Of a stretch of DNA of 64,000 nucleotides, positions 26,936 through 37,344 are shown in pieces. The position numbers and the translations under genes are program-made. This DNA comes from a virus. Lineage: Duplodnaviria; Caudoviricetes. The stretch is from IMG/VR virus record IMGVR_UViG_3300025913_000019. One strand, given 5' to 3'. Every line of letters starts with the position of its first letter. The first letter of the stretch is position 1. The notes beneath the pieces are model-generated. The model was not told the DNA's origin. It worked only from the letters and a program-made list of their open reading frames with translations, and did not search any database.

Positions 26936-28399
26936 TTAACCGAGCGTTTGCGTCGAGACGCGACCCCAACCCATGTGCGGTGCCCACGCTTTTGCGCTCG
27001 TCGTCGACCCGGCATTGACCGGATCGTAGAAGAACGAGGCGTCGGTTCGTGCACCGAAGTAGCCGCCCTTCGTGTCGTAGGCGAGCTGCCAACCGAACGC
27101 GAACTCGGGCACGCAGGTCATACGCTTGGTCGGGTCCGAGTTCGGTTGACCCAGCGTCAGATAGGCCCAACCCGTCGGCGGACTCAGCGCCACAGACTGC
27201 GTGACCGAGAGACCGTCGCTGTTCGTGACCACAAGGTTGTAGGTGCCGAACTTGATGCCCGCGACCGTCACGGTAACAGTGATGATGCCGTCAGCCCACG
27301 AGAGGACAGGCTGCAGCACGCCACCGATGTAGACCGAGCCCGTCGTCTGGCTAGCGTGGTAGTGAGCGCCGTTGATCGTCAGCACCGATCCTTCAGCTGG
27401 CGACGTCGAGCTCAGGCTCGTGATCGTCGGCATCGGGGGCAGCGTCGTGAACGTGGAACCACCGACCAGGACGTTCGAGTTACCGCCCGTGTTGACCTGA
27501 CAGAACGCGTAGTGGTAGGTCGTGTTCGACGCACCGTTGAGCAGCTGAACCGACACGGAGCCGGTGGCACCGACCGTCGTGGACCCGGCTGCTGTTGCTG
27601 CACCAGTCGAGTCTTGGCCCGCGATGATCTGCGTATCGGTCGGGGTCGAGCCGACATAGCCGACGGCGTAGAGAGTACCGGCGCCACTGTCGGTAACGCA
27701 GGTCACGGTCGCACCGACAGACGTGGGAGTGCTTTCGCTCGGCGAGGTCAGGGTCGCTGCGGGCAGTGGTGCTCCGGGCTTGATCGCGACTGCGAAGTTC
27801 ATGCCCTCATAGTTCACCGTGTCACCGGAGAACGCAGGACTGATCGCTGTCGTCGCACTCGTCACCAGGGTCGCCATCGCATAGCCGCCAGGACCCACGT
27901 AGCCGATGCCGCCCGAGGTCCAGGTGCCACCCTGTGTCGGCAACGTCGACGCCGTGATCGTGGAGTGGACGTTGCCGATGCAGAGGACCAGGAGTTCCGG
28001 CGTGACTGCGAACGGCCCGACGGAACCTACCCCGTAGAGAGTGCCATACGAGCCGTCGGTCTTCGTTACGTCGACGGTGGCGCTGTAGAGGTTCGCCCAC
28101 TCGTCGATGAACTGGATGCCGACTTCACCCGTGGCCGACGGGGTCACGGTGATCGTGTGAGATCCCGCGACTGCGTTGAGGATCAGGTAGAAGTAGGCGC
28201 TCCAGCCAGTGTCGCCGTTGGTGGCCGTGGCCACGGGAGTGATCGGACTCCCGTTGTGGGTCACTGAGGTCAGAGCCACCGATGAGTTGACGCCGACCAG
28301 CAGGGCCGACCCGAGAGCGACGCCTGTACGGGTCAGGCTGCCTCCACTCGGAATGTCGACTCCTGCAGTCGGAGTCCCTACGCGGACGGGTGCTGTCAT
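26936..28399 (-). CDS. Fibre/spike-associated protein with IPT/TIG domain
   Basis: PTITSLSSTSPAEGSVLTING...VYIGGV..PVLSW IPT/TIG pattern; C-terminal module paralogous to a central module of 28396..31431. Confidence 0.65.
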   Translation of the reverse strand: MTAPVRVGTPTAGVDIPSGGSLTRTGVALGSALLVGVNSSVALTSVTHNGSPITPVATATNGDTGWSAYFYLILNAVAGSHTITVTPSATGEVGIQFIDEWANLYSATVDVTKTDGSYGTLYGVGSVGPFAVTPELLVLCIGNVHSTITASTLPTQGGTWTSGGIGYVGPGGYAMATLVTSATTAISPAFSGDTVNYEGMNFAVAIKPGAPLPAATLTSPSESTPTSVGATVTCVTDSGAGTLYAVGYVGSTPTDTQIIAGQDSTGAATAAGSTTVGATGSVSVQLLNGASNTTYHYAFCQVNTGGNSNVLVGGSTFTTLPPMPTITSLSSTSPAEGSVLTINGAHYHASQTTGSVYIGGVLQPVLSWADGIITVTVTVAGIKFGTYNLVVTNSDGLSVTQSVALSPPTGWAYLTLGQPNSDPTKRMTCVPEFAFGWQLAYDTKGGYFGARTDASFFYDPVNAGSTTSAKAWAPHMGWGRVSTQTLG

Positions 28400-31300
28400 G
28401 TGAGAACTCCTTCAGTTGCACCGATTGTCTTGGCAGAGCCAGGCCGTGTGATCCCGTAGATGTCGGTCGTGACTCCGCTGATGATGTCCGCCACAGTCGT
28501 TGCGGCCAGGGCCGGCGATCCGGACTGCAGGCTGTAGTCGCCTCCAGCTTGCGGGTTGTTGAACTTCGGATCACCGTAGATGGACTGCGCGTCGATCGAC
28601 CAGCCGGTTGTCGTCTGCCCCATCGGATCGAAGTACACGTTCTGACTTGCGGTCAGGCCCGTGTCCGTCGACGCATTGAGCGTGTACCAGTACTGCGTCA
28701 GCGCTGTGCCTGTCCGACCTTGACGCATACGCAGGATGTTGTGGTTGAACTTGACCGTCCCGTTGGCACTGTCCATGTTGCCGTCCATGAGGACGCCAGC
28801 CGACGGTGTGCCTTCCGAGTTGACCACGTCCCACGCATCGAACGTGTTGTACTCGACACGGATGTCGATGCCAGTGACCTGTGCGGGAGAGAAGCGGATG
28901 ATCGAGAAGCCCGAATTCCAGCACACGTTGTCCCAGGCCTGATAGCCGGTGGTCGACTCGCCGATGTTGAGGCAGTACTTCGCCACGTCGTGAACCACGT
29001 TGTGGTGGACGAGGTTGCCGTACATGTACTTCGAGTTGCCGCCCTGCCAGTAGAACTGGATGCCGGAGCCGCCAGTGCAGTTGAACACCCAGTTGTAGCA
29101 GATCTCGATGTTGAAGCTGGCGTTGTCGTAGCCGGTACCACCGGAGACGCCACCGAAGTACATCCCGTGGTTCTGGAGATCGGACAGGCCCTGGATGTCG
29201 TGGCACTTGTTGAACGCGATGTAGCAGTTCGATCCCTGACCACCGATGGCGCTCGAGTTCAGGAACGAGGACGAACCAGCGATCCACGGACCGCAGTCGT
29301 TGTTGGTGACGATCCAGTGGTCAGCTCCATTCTGGAGATTGATCGGGGCACCGTCGCGGTCAGAGCCCGCACCGATGTCGATCCGCAGGTTCGTCACCTG
29401 CACGTACTGACCCCAGCCTGCCTGCGCGCGGGCCGAGTCGCAACCCTGGATGCCACCCTTGCCGGTGAACGAGCAATGCACGTCCTCGCCGGGGTAGCCC
29501 ATGATCGTGATGTAGCCGTGACCAGTCGCACCCGTGGGTGCAGTACCGGTGCCAGCGAACGGCGAGACCGAGGGTCGCGGGAAGGCCAGGAAGCGCCCGT
29601 CCTCACCAACCTGATCCGTCCACGTGCCGGCATTGCCACGCATACAGATCATGTCACCAGGCTTGAGCGTTGCCCAAATGCCGGTGTAGGTGTTGCTGGT
29701 GGTGTTGAAGAACTGCGCGTAGCGATACGGATGCGTCACGTCATCGACGACACCCGTTCCGTCGTTGCCGGCCGGAGAGCAGAAGTAGACGTGACCCGGC
29801 TGCGACACATAGGCACCGACCAGGACGTTGGTCCGCACGCCATTGACCGTGACCGAGATGTCGAGCGCGTGGCCCGGCGTGAAGCCCGCGGCATTGCCCG
29901 GCTGGATGCAGAGCTCCAGCAGCTCCAGTGCCGAGTAGACCCGGCTGGTCTTCATGTAGCGGTAGGTCGAAGCCTGATGCCACGCATTGTCGCCCAGCGG
30001 ATCGCGGAACCAGAACTGCGTGCCTGTCGAAGTGCCGAGGCCGACGGGCGTGCCGAGGCTGTAGCCGAAGACCGAGAGCGGGAAGCCCTGGCCGTTCTCA
30101 CCGTTGATGAAGGAACCAGCCTTGAGGCTCAGACCCACGATGGTCGGAGTCGTGACGCGACCCGCAGGACGATTGCCCACCGGATACAGCGTGTCCTTGA
30201 AGCCGTCGAAGTTGACAGTCAGGAGACCACCCCAGGTCTTGTCCACGATGTCCGGAGTCGGAGGCGGCGCCGGAGTCGTGTTCAGCGTGATGGTGGCGAC
30301 ACGACCCCAGCCGAAGCCAGGAGCCCACGCCTGGGCGCTGAAGCCGGTGAGCCCCGAGTTCGGAATGTAGACGACTGTGCCGTCGGGCAGGACCTCGACG
30401 AGATCGGACTCGGTGTCGTATGCGATCTGCCAGCCGGGTTGCAGCTTGCGCAGCGCCGGGAGACGATATGCATCCGCAGCCTGCACGCCCATCGTGGTCG
30501 TGGCCCAGCCAGTCTGAGCACCGAGACCACTGATGGTCACGACGTTGGTCGTGATGCCACCTGTCATGTCGATGTAGAGGGGCAACGGATGGTCGAAACC
30601 GTTGGTACCGCGATCCAGCGAGGCGAGCACGATCAGGGTGTCGGACCAAGACATCACTGTCTGTGCGACACCACCGAGGTACACGACCTTCGATCCTTGC
30701 GAGGCCCCGAAGTTCACGCCGTTGAGGGTCAACGTACCTTGATACTTCGGATTCGACGGGCTGGTCGAGTTGATGAGGGGAGCTGTGGTCGAACCCTTGA
30801 GCGCGACGGCCAGCATCGCGTATGGCTTGCTGGACCCGAAGCTCCAACCTGGCATGAACGTGCCGGTCGATGTCGTCAGCAGCGATGCTGTTCGCAGCTG
30901 CATGAAGATCGTCTCGTCGTTCTGGACCAGAGTCTCCGTGAAACCAGAGTCCACGGTCGGCGTCACCACGCTCTCCGGCCATGCAGCAAGGAAACCCAGC
31001 ACTTCGTCGTTGGTGAACGTGGTCGGGCCAACAGACAGCACCGGATCCACCGGACCTGTGTCGTTGTCCGTGACTTGGTACACGGCATCGAACACAGTGG
31101 AGGTGAAGCCACCGCGCTCGAAGAGAGCTGCCATGAGCTGGAAGTTCGAGCTCTTGGCGAACGTCACCGTCGGCTTCGCACCGATCGAAGCCGAGTTGGC
31201 GACGCAGTACCAGACGCTGATGCACTGGTTCGAGCCGTTGATCTGCCCGATCTCCTGCCAGTCATTGCCCAGGTCGTCGCTGACGGTGACGAGATAGGCA

Positions 31301-31431
31301 CTGCCGTTGCGGGTGCCGAACATGGCGAAGAGTACGGAGCCGGCTTGGATGTTGTTCGTGTACTGCTTGACGACATTGACTGTCGTGTCGGCAGATCCGG
31401 CGTAGATGTCTTGCAAGCGCGTGATACTCAT
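28396..31431 (-). CDS. Tailspike-like protein: beta-sandwich, IPT/TIG and right-handed beta-helix (putative depolymerase)
   Basis: IPT motif, YFCSPAGNDGTG, LKPGD..MRG, ITIMGYPGE, and repeating Asn-ladder rungs (NHGMY, IEICYNW, VHHNVVHD). Confidence 0.75.
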   Translation of the reverse strand: MSITRLQDIYAGSADTTVNVVKQYTNNIQAGSVLFAMFGTRNGSAYLVTVSDDLGNDWQEIGQINGSNQCISVWYCVANSASIGAKPTVTFAKSSNFQLMAALFERGGFTSTVFDAVYQVTDNDTGPVDPVLSVGPTTFTNDEVLGFLAAWPESVVTPTVDSGFTETLVQNDETIFMQLRTASLLTTSTGTFMPGWSFGSSKPYAMLAVALKGSTTAPLINSTSPSNPKYQGTLTLNGVNFGASQGSKVVYLGGVAQTVMSWSDTLIVLASLDRGTNGFDHPLPLYIDMTGGITTNVVTISGLGAQTGWATTTMGVQAADAYRLPALRKLQPGWQIAYDTESDLVEVLPDGTVVYIPNSGLTGFSAQAWAPGFGWGRVATITLNTTPAPPPTPDIVDKTWGGLLTVNFDGFKDTLYPVGNRPAGRVTTPTIVGLSLKAGSFINGENGQGFPLSVFGYSLGTPVGLGTSTGTQFWFRDPLGDNAWHQASTYRYMKTSRVYSALELLELCIQPGNAAGFTPGHALDISVTVNGVRTNVLVGAYVSQPGHVYFCSPAGNDGTGVVDDVTHPYRYAQFFNTTSNTYTGIWATLKPGDMICMRGNAGTWTDQVGEDGRFLAFPRPSVSPFAGTGTAPTGATGHGYITIMGYPGEDVHCSFTGKGGIQGCDSARAQAGWGQYVQVTNLRIDIGAGSDRDGAPINLQNGADHWIVTNNDCGPWIAGSSSFLNSSAIGGQGSNCYIAFNKCHDIQGLSDLQNHGMYFGGVSGGTGYDNASFNIEICYNWVFNCTGGSGIQFYWQGGNSKYMYGNLVHHNVVHDVAKYCLNIGESTTGYQAWDNVCWNSGFSIIRFSPAQVTGIDIRVEYNTFDAWDVVNSEGTPSAGVLMDGNMDSANGTVKFNHNILRMRQGRTGTALTQYWYTLNASTDTGLTASQNVYFDPMGQTTTGWSIDAQSIYGDPKFNNPQAGGDYSLQSGSPALAATTVADIISGVTTDIYGITRPGSAKTIGATEGVLT

Positions 31432-34268
31432 ACGCCAACTCCTTGGAAGGGTCCAATGTCATTCTTCGTACCGATGGGTGTGCCGGTTCCGGTCTGAGGC
31501 CGCGGCATGCCGAAGAAGTCGTTTGCGATCGCGATCAGTTCGGCCTGTGTGACCGCGTTGAGCACAGGCGAACCTGCTTGGACAACGAAGTCTTCGGGCA
31601 GGACCGGGGTACTCGAGGCAAACAGCGGGTTGCCGACGACCGGACTGGTATCCGAGCTCGGTGGGCTCTTCAACGCATCCGGATCGTAGTACAGGTTGTT
31701 CAGCGGAGCCATCTGACCATTCGAGACCGAGTAGGCGTTGTCGGTCATGAAGTCGTTGTCAGCTCGTGGCACTCCGCGGTTCGCTGCGAGCACAAGGATG
31801 TTGTGCTGGATCGGATAGACGGTAGCAGGATCGAGTGCGTTGTCGTTGTTGACGATGCCCTGCGCCGCACCTGAGCCCGTGTAGCAGTTGTAGAACAGGT
31901 TGTGAAGGCAACGGAAGAAAGCGCCCGAGCCGCCTGCCGAGTTCGTGCGGAACCCATTGAGTCCTGTGTTGAGAACCACGTTGTCCCAAGCCGTACCCTC
32001 CCAAAAAGAGTCGGCGAAGTTGATGCCGTACTTGCGGCATCCGTTGATGTAGTTGTGATGGACCTGGATGCCCAAGAACTTCGCGTTCGTGCCCGACGCA
32101 GCCGAGTTGTAGAACTGGATGGCAGACCCGCCGGTCTGGAGCTCAGGGGCGTTCTCCAGCCGGTTGTAGGAGACCTCGACCTGTTGTGCGCATTGGTTGT
32201 AGCCGCTGCCGTTGTTGCCGCCGTCGAAGTAGATCAGGTGGTTCTCGTTGGCGCTCGTGCTCGGGTTGTTCTTGTCGCACTCGATGTCGTGGATGTAGCA
32301 GAACTTGACCTTGATGTTCGTGCCGTCACCCGCAACGCCACCAGCCTTGGCATTGCTCGGACTCACCAGGGTCGAGGGCCAGGGGCCCATCTCGCAGCCG
32401 TAGACGCGAGTGTTGTTCGCCCCGTACTGGAAGTTGACCATGCCGGCGTCGCCACGGCTGGTCTCGTTGCAGGTCATCACCCAGTTGCTGACCGACCAGT
32501 ACTGGCCATAGGTGCCGGCGTAGGCGCTGTTGACGCCCTGGATGCAACCGCCGCCGCCCGGAGGATCGTTGTAGTACACGGTCTCCGGCGCCTGTCCACC
32601 GATGGGACCCGGGTACGCGTCGAAGGCGATGTAGCCGTGACCGACGGCTCCGGTCGGCGCCGATCCCGTATGCGAACGGAAGCGACAGAACCGGTTGTCG
32701 AAGCCGACTTGATCCGACCAGGGCGTTCCGGTTTCGCGCGGAATGATCGTGTCACCCGCGCGAAGGCCTGCGTCGCCGCTGTCGGTGGTTGCATTCCACA
32801 GCGAGTAGAAGCTGGACGAAGTGCCCGTCCAGTGCTGGACGTAGCGGTGCGGCTTCGACATGTCATCGGGCTTGCCCGTTGCGTCGTTGCCGATCACGTT
32901 GTCGACGTACCAGAAGCGACCCGGGTTCGGCGTGAACTGGCCGACCAGGATGTTCGAGTCGACGCCGTTGACCACGAGCTTCCAGTCGCAGGCCGCACCG
33001 TCGACGATGGCACCACCGAAGTTCCCGACCTGGACACAGAGCTCCTGAACCTGGTGAGTCGCGAACACCTTCGACTGCGTGAGGTAGCGATAGTTCGCTA
33101 CCTCGTGCCACTGGTTGTCGCCCAGCGGATTGCGGCAGAAAGCGCGAACACCAGAGCTCAGACCCATGTGATCGGGCCGGCCGAAGCTGTAGCCGTAGAA
33201 GCGGATGAAGCCACCGAGCCCGTTGTAGTTGTTGACCATCGAGGTCGACAACTTGTCCGTGTCCAGCAGCACCGGCAACGTCTGGAACGCCGTCGGCTTG
33301 TCGCCTGCGGGGTACAGCGTATACGCGTTCCCGTCGGCCGAAGCCAGAGTCGTGTAGGTGTGGTCCTGGATGTTCGGAGCCACGAGGGCATCCGTGCTGG
33401 ACTTCAGTGCCGTCGAGACCGCAGGCATCGTCGACGTGCGGTTGCCCGTGTAGGCGACGAAGTTGCGGTAGTTGATGGCCGAGGTCGTGACCGTGGCGCT
33501 GATGGCACCGAGACGCAGCTCGTAGGCTCCGAAGTCCCCGGGCTCGCTCACGTTCACCTGCGAAGACTGCACCTGCGTGCCGTTGTCCCACAGGGTCATG
33601 ACCGGCGAGACACTCCGATCGGCGATGAAGCCGACCTGATGCTCTGCCGTGTCGATGAGATGCGAACCGTCGGACAGCTGCGAGTAGGTGGCGAAGCCGT
33701 TCGTCGTCGTGTAGGCCTCGATCGCATTCGGACTCGACTCGTAGTGCAGGACGGTCGCGTTGTTGCCGCTGCCGTTGAGGAACGCATCGTCACAACCGAC
33801 GATGGTGTTCGCGTCCTGGATGCGCCAGAAGTCGTAGTTCGTCATGAACGACAGCGCATTGGCGCCAACCATCGGCGCGTGCATGTAGTCGTCCACACCG
33901 TCGAAGTGCAGCTCGTTCAGGTAGAGCCCCTTGTCGACGATCTTCGGCTGCTTCGACGCCGTCGCCTGCACGATGTGGCGGCCGTTGCCCGACTGATCGT
34001 ACCAGGTCGTGACGTAGCCAGAACCCGAACCGACGAAGGTCATGAGGGCGCCGGTGTCGATGTTGCCTGCTGCGTCAGCACCGATGTCGAGTTCCGTGTT
34101 GTCCGAGTCGCGACGGACACGCATCAGTGGTGAGCCGAGGTACGACGAGACGAGGACGGTGAAGCTGCAGGCGATCGCCATACCAGTTGTGTAACTGTCG
34201 AGCGGCAGTCCACTGGGCGGCGGGGGCGGGGGCGGCGCACCCCCGGACTCGATGATGAAGAAGATCAT
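31428..34268 (-). CDS. Tailspike-like protein: poly-Pro leader, ConA/LamG-like domain and beta-helix
   Basis: MRVRRDSDNTELDIG...VTTWYDQSGNGRH...QPKI ConA/ArafB-like domain; YVDNVIGND; beta-helix rungs paralogous to the 28396 product. Confidence 0.75.
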   Translation of the reverse strand: MIFFIIESGGAPPPPPPPSGLPLDSYTTGMAIACSFTVLVSSYLGSPLMRVRRDSDNTELDIGADAAGNIDTGALMTFVGSGSGYVTTWYDQSGNGRHIVQATASKQPKIVDKGLYLNELHFDGVDDYMHAPMVGANALSFMTNYDFWRIQDANTIVGCDDAFLNGSGNNATVLHYESSPNAIEAYTTTNGFATYSQLSDGSHLIDTAEHQVGFIADRSVSPVMTLWDNGTQVQSSQVNVSEPGDFGAYELRLGAISATVTTSAINYRNFVAYTGNRTSTMPAVSTALKSSTDALVAPNIQDHTYTTLASADGNAYTLYPAGDKPTAFQTLPVLLDTDKLSTSMVNNYNGLGGFIRFYGYSFGRPDHMGLSSGVRAFCRNPLGDNQWHEVANYRYLTQSKVFATHQVQELCVQVGNFGGAIVDGAACDWKLVVNGVDSNILVGQFTPNPGRFWYVDNVIGNDATGKPDDMSKPHRYVQHWTGTSSSFYSLWNATTDSGDAGLRAGDTIIPRETGTPWSDQVGFDNRFCRFRSHTGSAPTGAVGHGYIAFDAYPGPIGGQAPETVYYNDPPGGGGCIQGVNSAYAGTYGQYWSVSNWVMTCNETSRGDAGMVNFQYGANNTRVYGCEMGPWPSTLVSPSNAKAGGVAGDGTNIKVKFCYIHDIECDKNNPSTSANENHLIYFDGGNNGSGYNQCAQQVEVSYNRLENAPELQTGGSAIQFYNSAASGTNAKFLGIQVHHNYINGCRKYGINFADSFWEGTAWDNVVLNTGLNGFRTNSAGGSGAFFRCLHNLFYNCYTGSGAAQGIVNNDNALDPATVYPIQHNILVLAANRGVPRADNDFMTDNAYSVSNGQMAPLNNLYYDPDALKSPPSSDTSPVVGNPLFASSTPVLPEDFVVQAGSPVLNAVTQAELIAIANDFFGMPRPQTGTGTPIGTKNDIGPFQGVGV

Positions 34269-37200
34269 GCTGCACGCAGGATGGTCATGATGAAGGAGAT
34301 GTCAACACAGCTCGAGTTCGAGGTCACGGTCATCGTGATCGTGTCGCCCTTCTTGAACGTGTTGCCCGACGTGTGCGACTGCGTGTTCGCAGCCGTCGTG
34401 ACCGAGTTCGCGGTACCTCCGATTTGCGTTCCGTTGATTGCGAAGGCCAGTGTGCAGGAGCCCGATGCGCACTTGGTCAGCGTCTGCGTGATGATGCCGT
34501 CGTACTGGGCACTGAGCACCAGCGTCAGCGTCTCGTTCGCGACCGTGCGATAGATCCCAGGCCACTCCTCGACCTGCAGCATCGGACCATTCGGCTGATT
34601 CGCGCAGAGGAGCGCGGCCGTCGAGGTCAGGTACTTCTGCGCGCCGAATGTGCCGGTCGTGTTCCACCACTCGTTGAGGCTGTTCGCTCCCTGCTCGAGG
34701 CTGTAGGAGTGCATCTCCAGGTACTTGGCCCTCGCCTTCGCGGGATCGATCTTGGCGATGGCATCGATGACCCATGGCATCGGCGTCGGCCAGAAGCCAC
34801 CGTTCTGGTACGTGCCGTAGGCCGTGGTGATGAAGTACGTCTGGTAGCAGGCGACACCCGGGTTGTAGTCCGTCGCCTTGTCGATCGAACGGATGCCACC
34901 ACGGAAGTAGTTGTCCGTCGTCGATGTCAGCGCGTAGTACAGGTAGTTCCCGATGGCGCGTGCGTCAGCTTCGCTCACGATGTCGCACCACACCAGATAC
35001 GGCGTGGACCACAGGTCGATCTGGTTCGCGCCCTTGGTCGTCGCCAGATAACCGTAGGCCATCTCGCGCGCGTTGTAGCCGGCGGCGAGTTCACCACCGG
35101 TAGCGGGGCGACGATGCACCAGGGTCGAGTTGATTCCGGCCTTGATCGTGTCGGCGACACCGAGCAGACGATTGGCTTCGCTGTAGTTGGCGAGCGCGTA
35201 CTCCATCTCGGCCAGCATCTGGTAGGCGCGGACTGCGAGAATGGATGGGAACAGGACCTTGCCGGTCAGCGTCACCGAGTCGTAGAAGCCGAAGCCGACG
35301 AACGGAGTCGAGTCGGAGATGGTGACCAGTCCGGTCGTGCCGTCGTAGGTGACACCGGTCTCGACCAGGCCCTTGAGCGCCACCTTGTTGGTCGAGTACG
35401 TCGCGGCCGAAGCTGCAGTCGAACCACCGGACACGTAGGCCAGCCACCACATCTGGATGAGGAAGAAGTTGCCGTCGACCGGAGCACGCGAACCCACGTC
35501 CGAGCTGGAACCCGGCTTCCAGTACACCGTGCCGTCGTGACCGATGTGGTCCGGCACCTCGCCGGTGCCCAGGTTCGACTTCGACAGCCAGTACGAGGCC
35601 ACGGCCTGGATCTCGGTCTGCGTGAAGTACTCGAGGTATCCCTCCATCGCCATCGCCTGATCGCGAGTCCAGGCCTTGCCGTAGAAGCCGCTGGCATCCG
35701 GTTCCCACACCTGGATTGCGCCGTCGGTGTTGGTCTTCCGTGCGCCTTCGTAGTTCGTATAGGCGAGTTGGCGTTGCGTCGCCGCAGGTTCGGGACGATA
35801 CGAGTTGATGCTCTTGCGCAGCGTCTTCTGGACCTGCGTCATGCGCTGGTTCAGGTTCGGGTACACGACTGGGATCGAGGTCCAGGTCGCAGGCTGACCA
35901 GGACCCGCAGAGGTTGCGACCTGACCCGCGGTGCCGACGGTGCCGTTCAGGCTCAGGGTACCGGTGGCCACGAAGTTGGCAGCCGTGATGGTCGTGAACG
36001 TGCCGGTCGAGGGCGTGGTGCCACCGATGGGGCCGGGGGCCGCAGGGTTGAAGCTGGAGCCCGAGCTCGGAGTCGCCCACACGATGTGACCGCCACCCGT
36101 GTTGGTCGGGACCTGGCCTGCAGTGCCGAGACCATTGGACAGTTGCAGCGGAGCCTCGATGTCCATCAACGTGTTGACGGTCAGGGTCGCGATCTCGGCT
36201 TGTGTCGCTTGCACGTCACCTGCGTAGACAGTCGTGAAGTGACCCGCAGCTGCTGTCGTGCCGCCGATGATGGCGCCGTTGATAGAGGTCGCAGTCACCG
36301 CACCCAGGGTCACGTTGCCGCTGAGGTTGACGTTGCCCGATGCCTGCAGCGTCGTGAACTTGCCGCTGCTGGGTGCGACGCTGCCGATGGGCGGCGGCGA
36401 AGCCATGAAGGCCGTGAAGGCGTTGCCACTGATCGTGTTGGTGACGCTCAGGGTCAGGAACGTCGCATCGTTCGGGAGCGGGGGCGCGACGCCACCTGTG
36501 GCCGAGTAGGGGACGTAGAACTTGACGACCGTGCCGTCAACCAGGGCGCGGGTCATCGGTGCGTTCAGCGTCAGGACCGTGTTGCCCGAGCCGTCGGCCG
36601 AGACCGCGGTGACGTAGCGACACACCGCAGCGTTCTGGCCCGTGCCCACCTGCATGATGACGGTGTCGGAGCCGCCGTAGGTGACGGTCGCCCAGTCAGT
36701 GGGATCGACCGTGATCGCGGTAGTCGACGAGTGGAGAGTGGAGGTCGACAGCTGCTCGTTCCAGGCGTCGAAGTTCCACAGCCCCTGCCGATCGGTGTAG
36801 GCCAGGAACGGCTTGGCGCTCCCGACGGCCTGCACGATGTAGAGGTTGGGGTTCGAGTTCACCGAATACGGCAGACCTTCGGGGCCCGAGACCACGGACG
36901 CGCGGTTCGTGTTCGACTGCGCGACGTTGGCCCACATCTGGTAGTTGGCGCCCACCATCGGCAGGAACGCATCGATGACGATGGGGCCACCGGTGCCGGC
37001 AACTTCGTCCAGCGGCGACTTCGTGATCGTGTGCTCGAAGACCAGGACCGCGAACAGGGTCGTGTTGTAGTAGTAGCCGACCTCACCGAACGTGTACGGG
37101 CCGATGTCGGCTGCCAGCAGGATCGGATACAGGGCAGTGTTGCCGTCCTGGATTTCGGGAGCGCCTGGGACGCCGGTGTAGACGATCGAGCCTTGCAGCG

Positions 37201-37324
37201 CCGTCTGCCCACCGGTGGGGATGTAGTTGACGCCCGTCCCGAGCTTGAAGCTGGTGAGGACAATCGGCTCGACGGCCGACTGCATCAACGCCAGACCGGC
37301 ATCGGTGATCTGAATGGTGCTCAT
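34265..37324 (-). CDS. Tail fibre with DUF3751-like N-terminus and (alpha/alpha)6 six-hairpin glycosidase-like domain
   Basis: IQITDAGL...FKLGTG...FGEVGYY N-terminus. Catalytic-like region WTRDQAM, GEVPDH, PVDGNFF, GFYDSV and YQNGGFWP. Confidence 0.7.
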   Translation of the reverse strand: MSTIQITDAGLALMQSAVEPIVLTSFKLGTGVNYIPTGGQTALQGSIVYTGVPGAPEIQDGNTALYPILLAADIGPYTFGEVGYYYNTTLFAVLVFEHTITKSPLDEVAGTGGPIVIDAFLPMVGANYQMWANVAQSNTNRASVVSGPEGLPYSVNSNPNLYIVQAVGSAKPFLAYTDRQGLWNFDAWNEQLSTSTLHSSTTAITVDPTDWATVTYGGSDTVIMQVGTGQNAAVCRYVTAVSADGSGNTVLTLNAPMTRALVDGTVVKFYVPYSATGGVAPPLPNDATFLTLSVTNTISGNAFTAFMASPPPIGSVAPSSGKFTTLQASGNVNLSGNVTLGAVTATSINGAIIGGTTAAAGHFTTVYAGDVQATQAEIATLTVNTLMDIEAPLQLSNGLGTAGQVPTNTGGGHIVWATPSSGSSFNPAAPGPIGGTTPSTGTFTTITAANFVATGTLSLNGTVGTAGQVATSAGPGQPATWTSIPVVYPNLNQRMTQVQKTLRKSINSYRPEPAATQRQLAYTNYEGARKTNTDGAIQVWEPDASGFYGKAWTRDQAMAMEGYLEYFTQTEIQAVASYWLSKSNLGTGEVPDHIGHDGTVYWKPGSSSDVGSRAPVDGNFFLIQMWWLAYVSGGSTAASAATYSTNKVALKGLVETGVTYDGTTGLVTISDSTPFVGFGFYDSVTLTGKVLFPSILAVRAYQMLAEMEYALANYSEANRLLGVADTIKAGINSTLVHRRPATGGELAAGYNAREMAYGYLATTKGANQIDLWSTPYLVWCDIVSEADARAIGNYLYYALTSTTDNYFRGGIRSIDKATDYNPGVACYQTYFITTAYGTYQNGGFWPTPMPWVIDAIAKIDPAKARAKYLEMHSYSLEQGANSLNEWWNTTGTFGAQKYLTSTAALLCANQPNGPMLQVEEWPGIYRTVANETLTLVLSAQYDGIITQTLTKCASGSCTLAFAINGTQIGGTANSVTTAANTQSHTSGNTFKKGDTITMTVTSNSSCVDISFIMTILRAA

Positions 37325-37344
37325 CTTGAGTCCTAGAATGGTGG

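Noticed and set aside
34210-34250. G-rich run (gggcggcgggggcgggggcggcg) as a G-quadruplex or phase-variable tract
   Set aside because: Explained by Pro7 codons on the minus strand; the run is interrupted and has no homopolymer long enough to suggest slippage.
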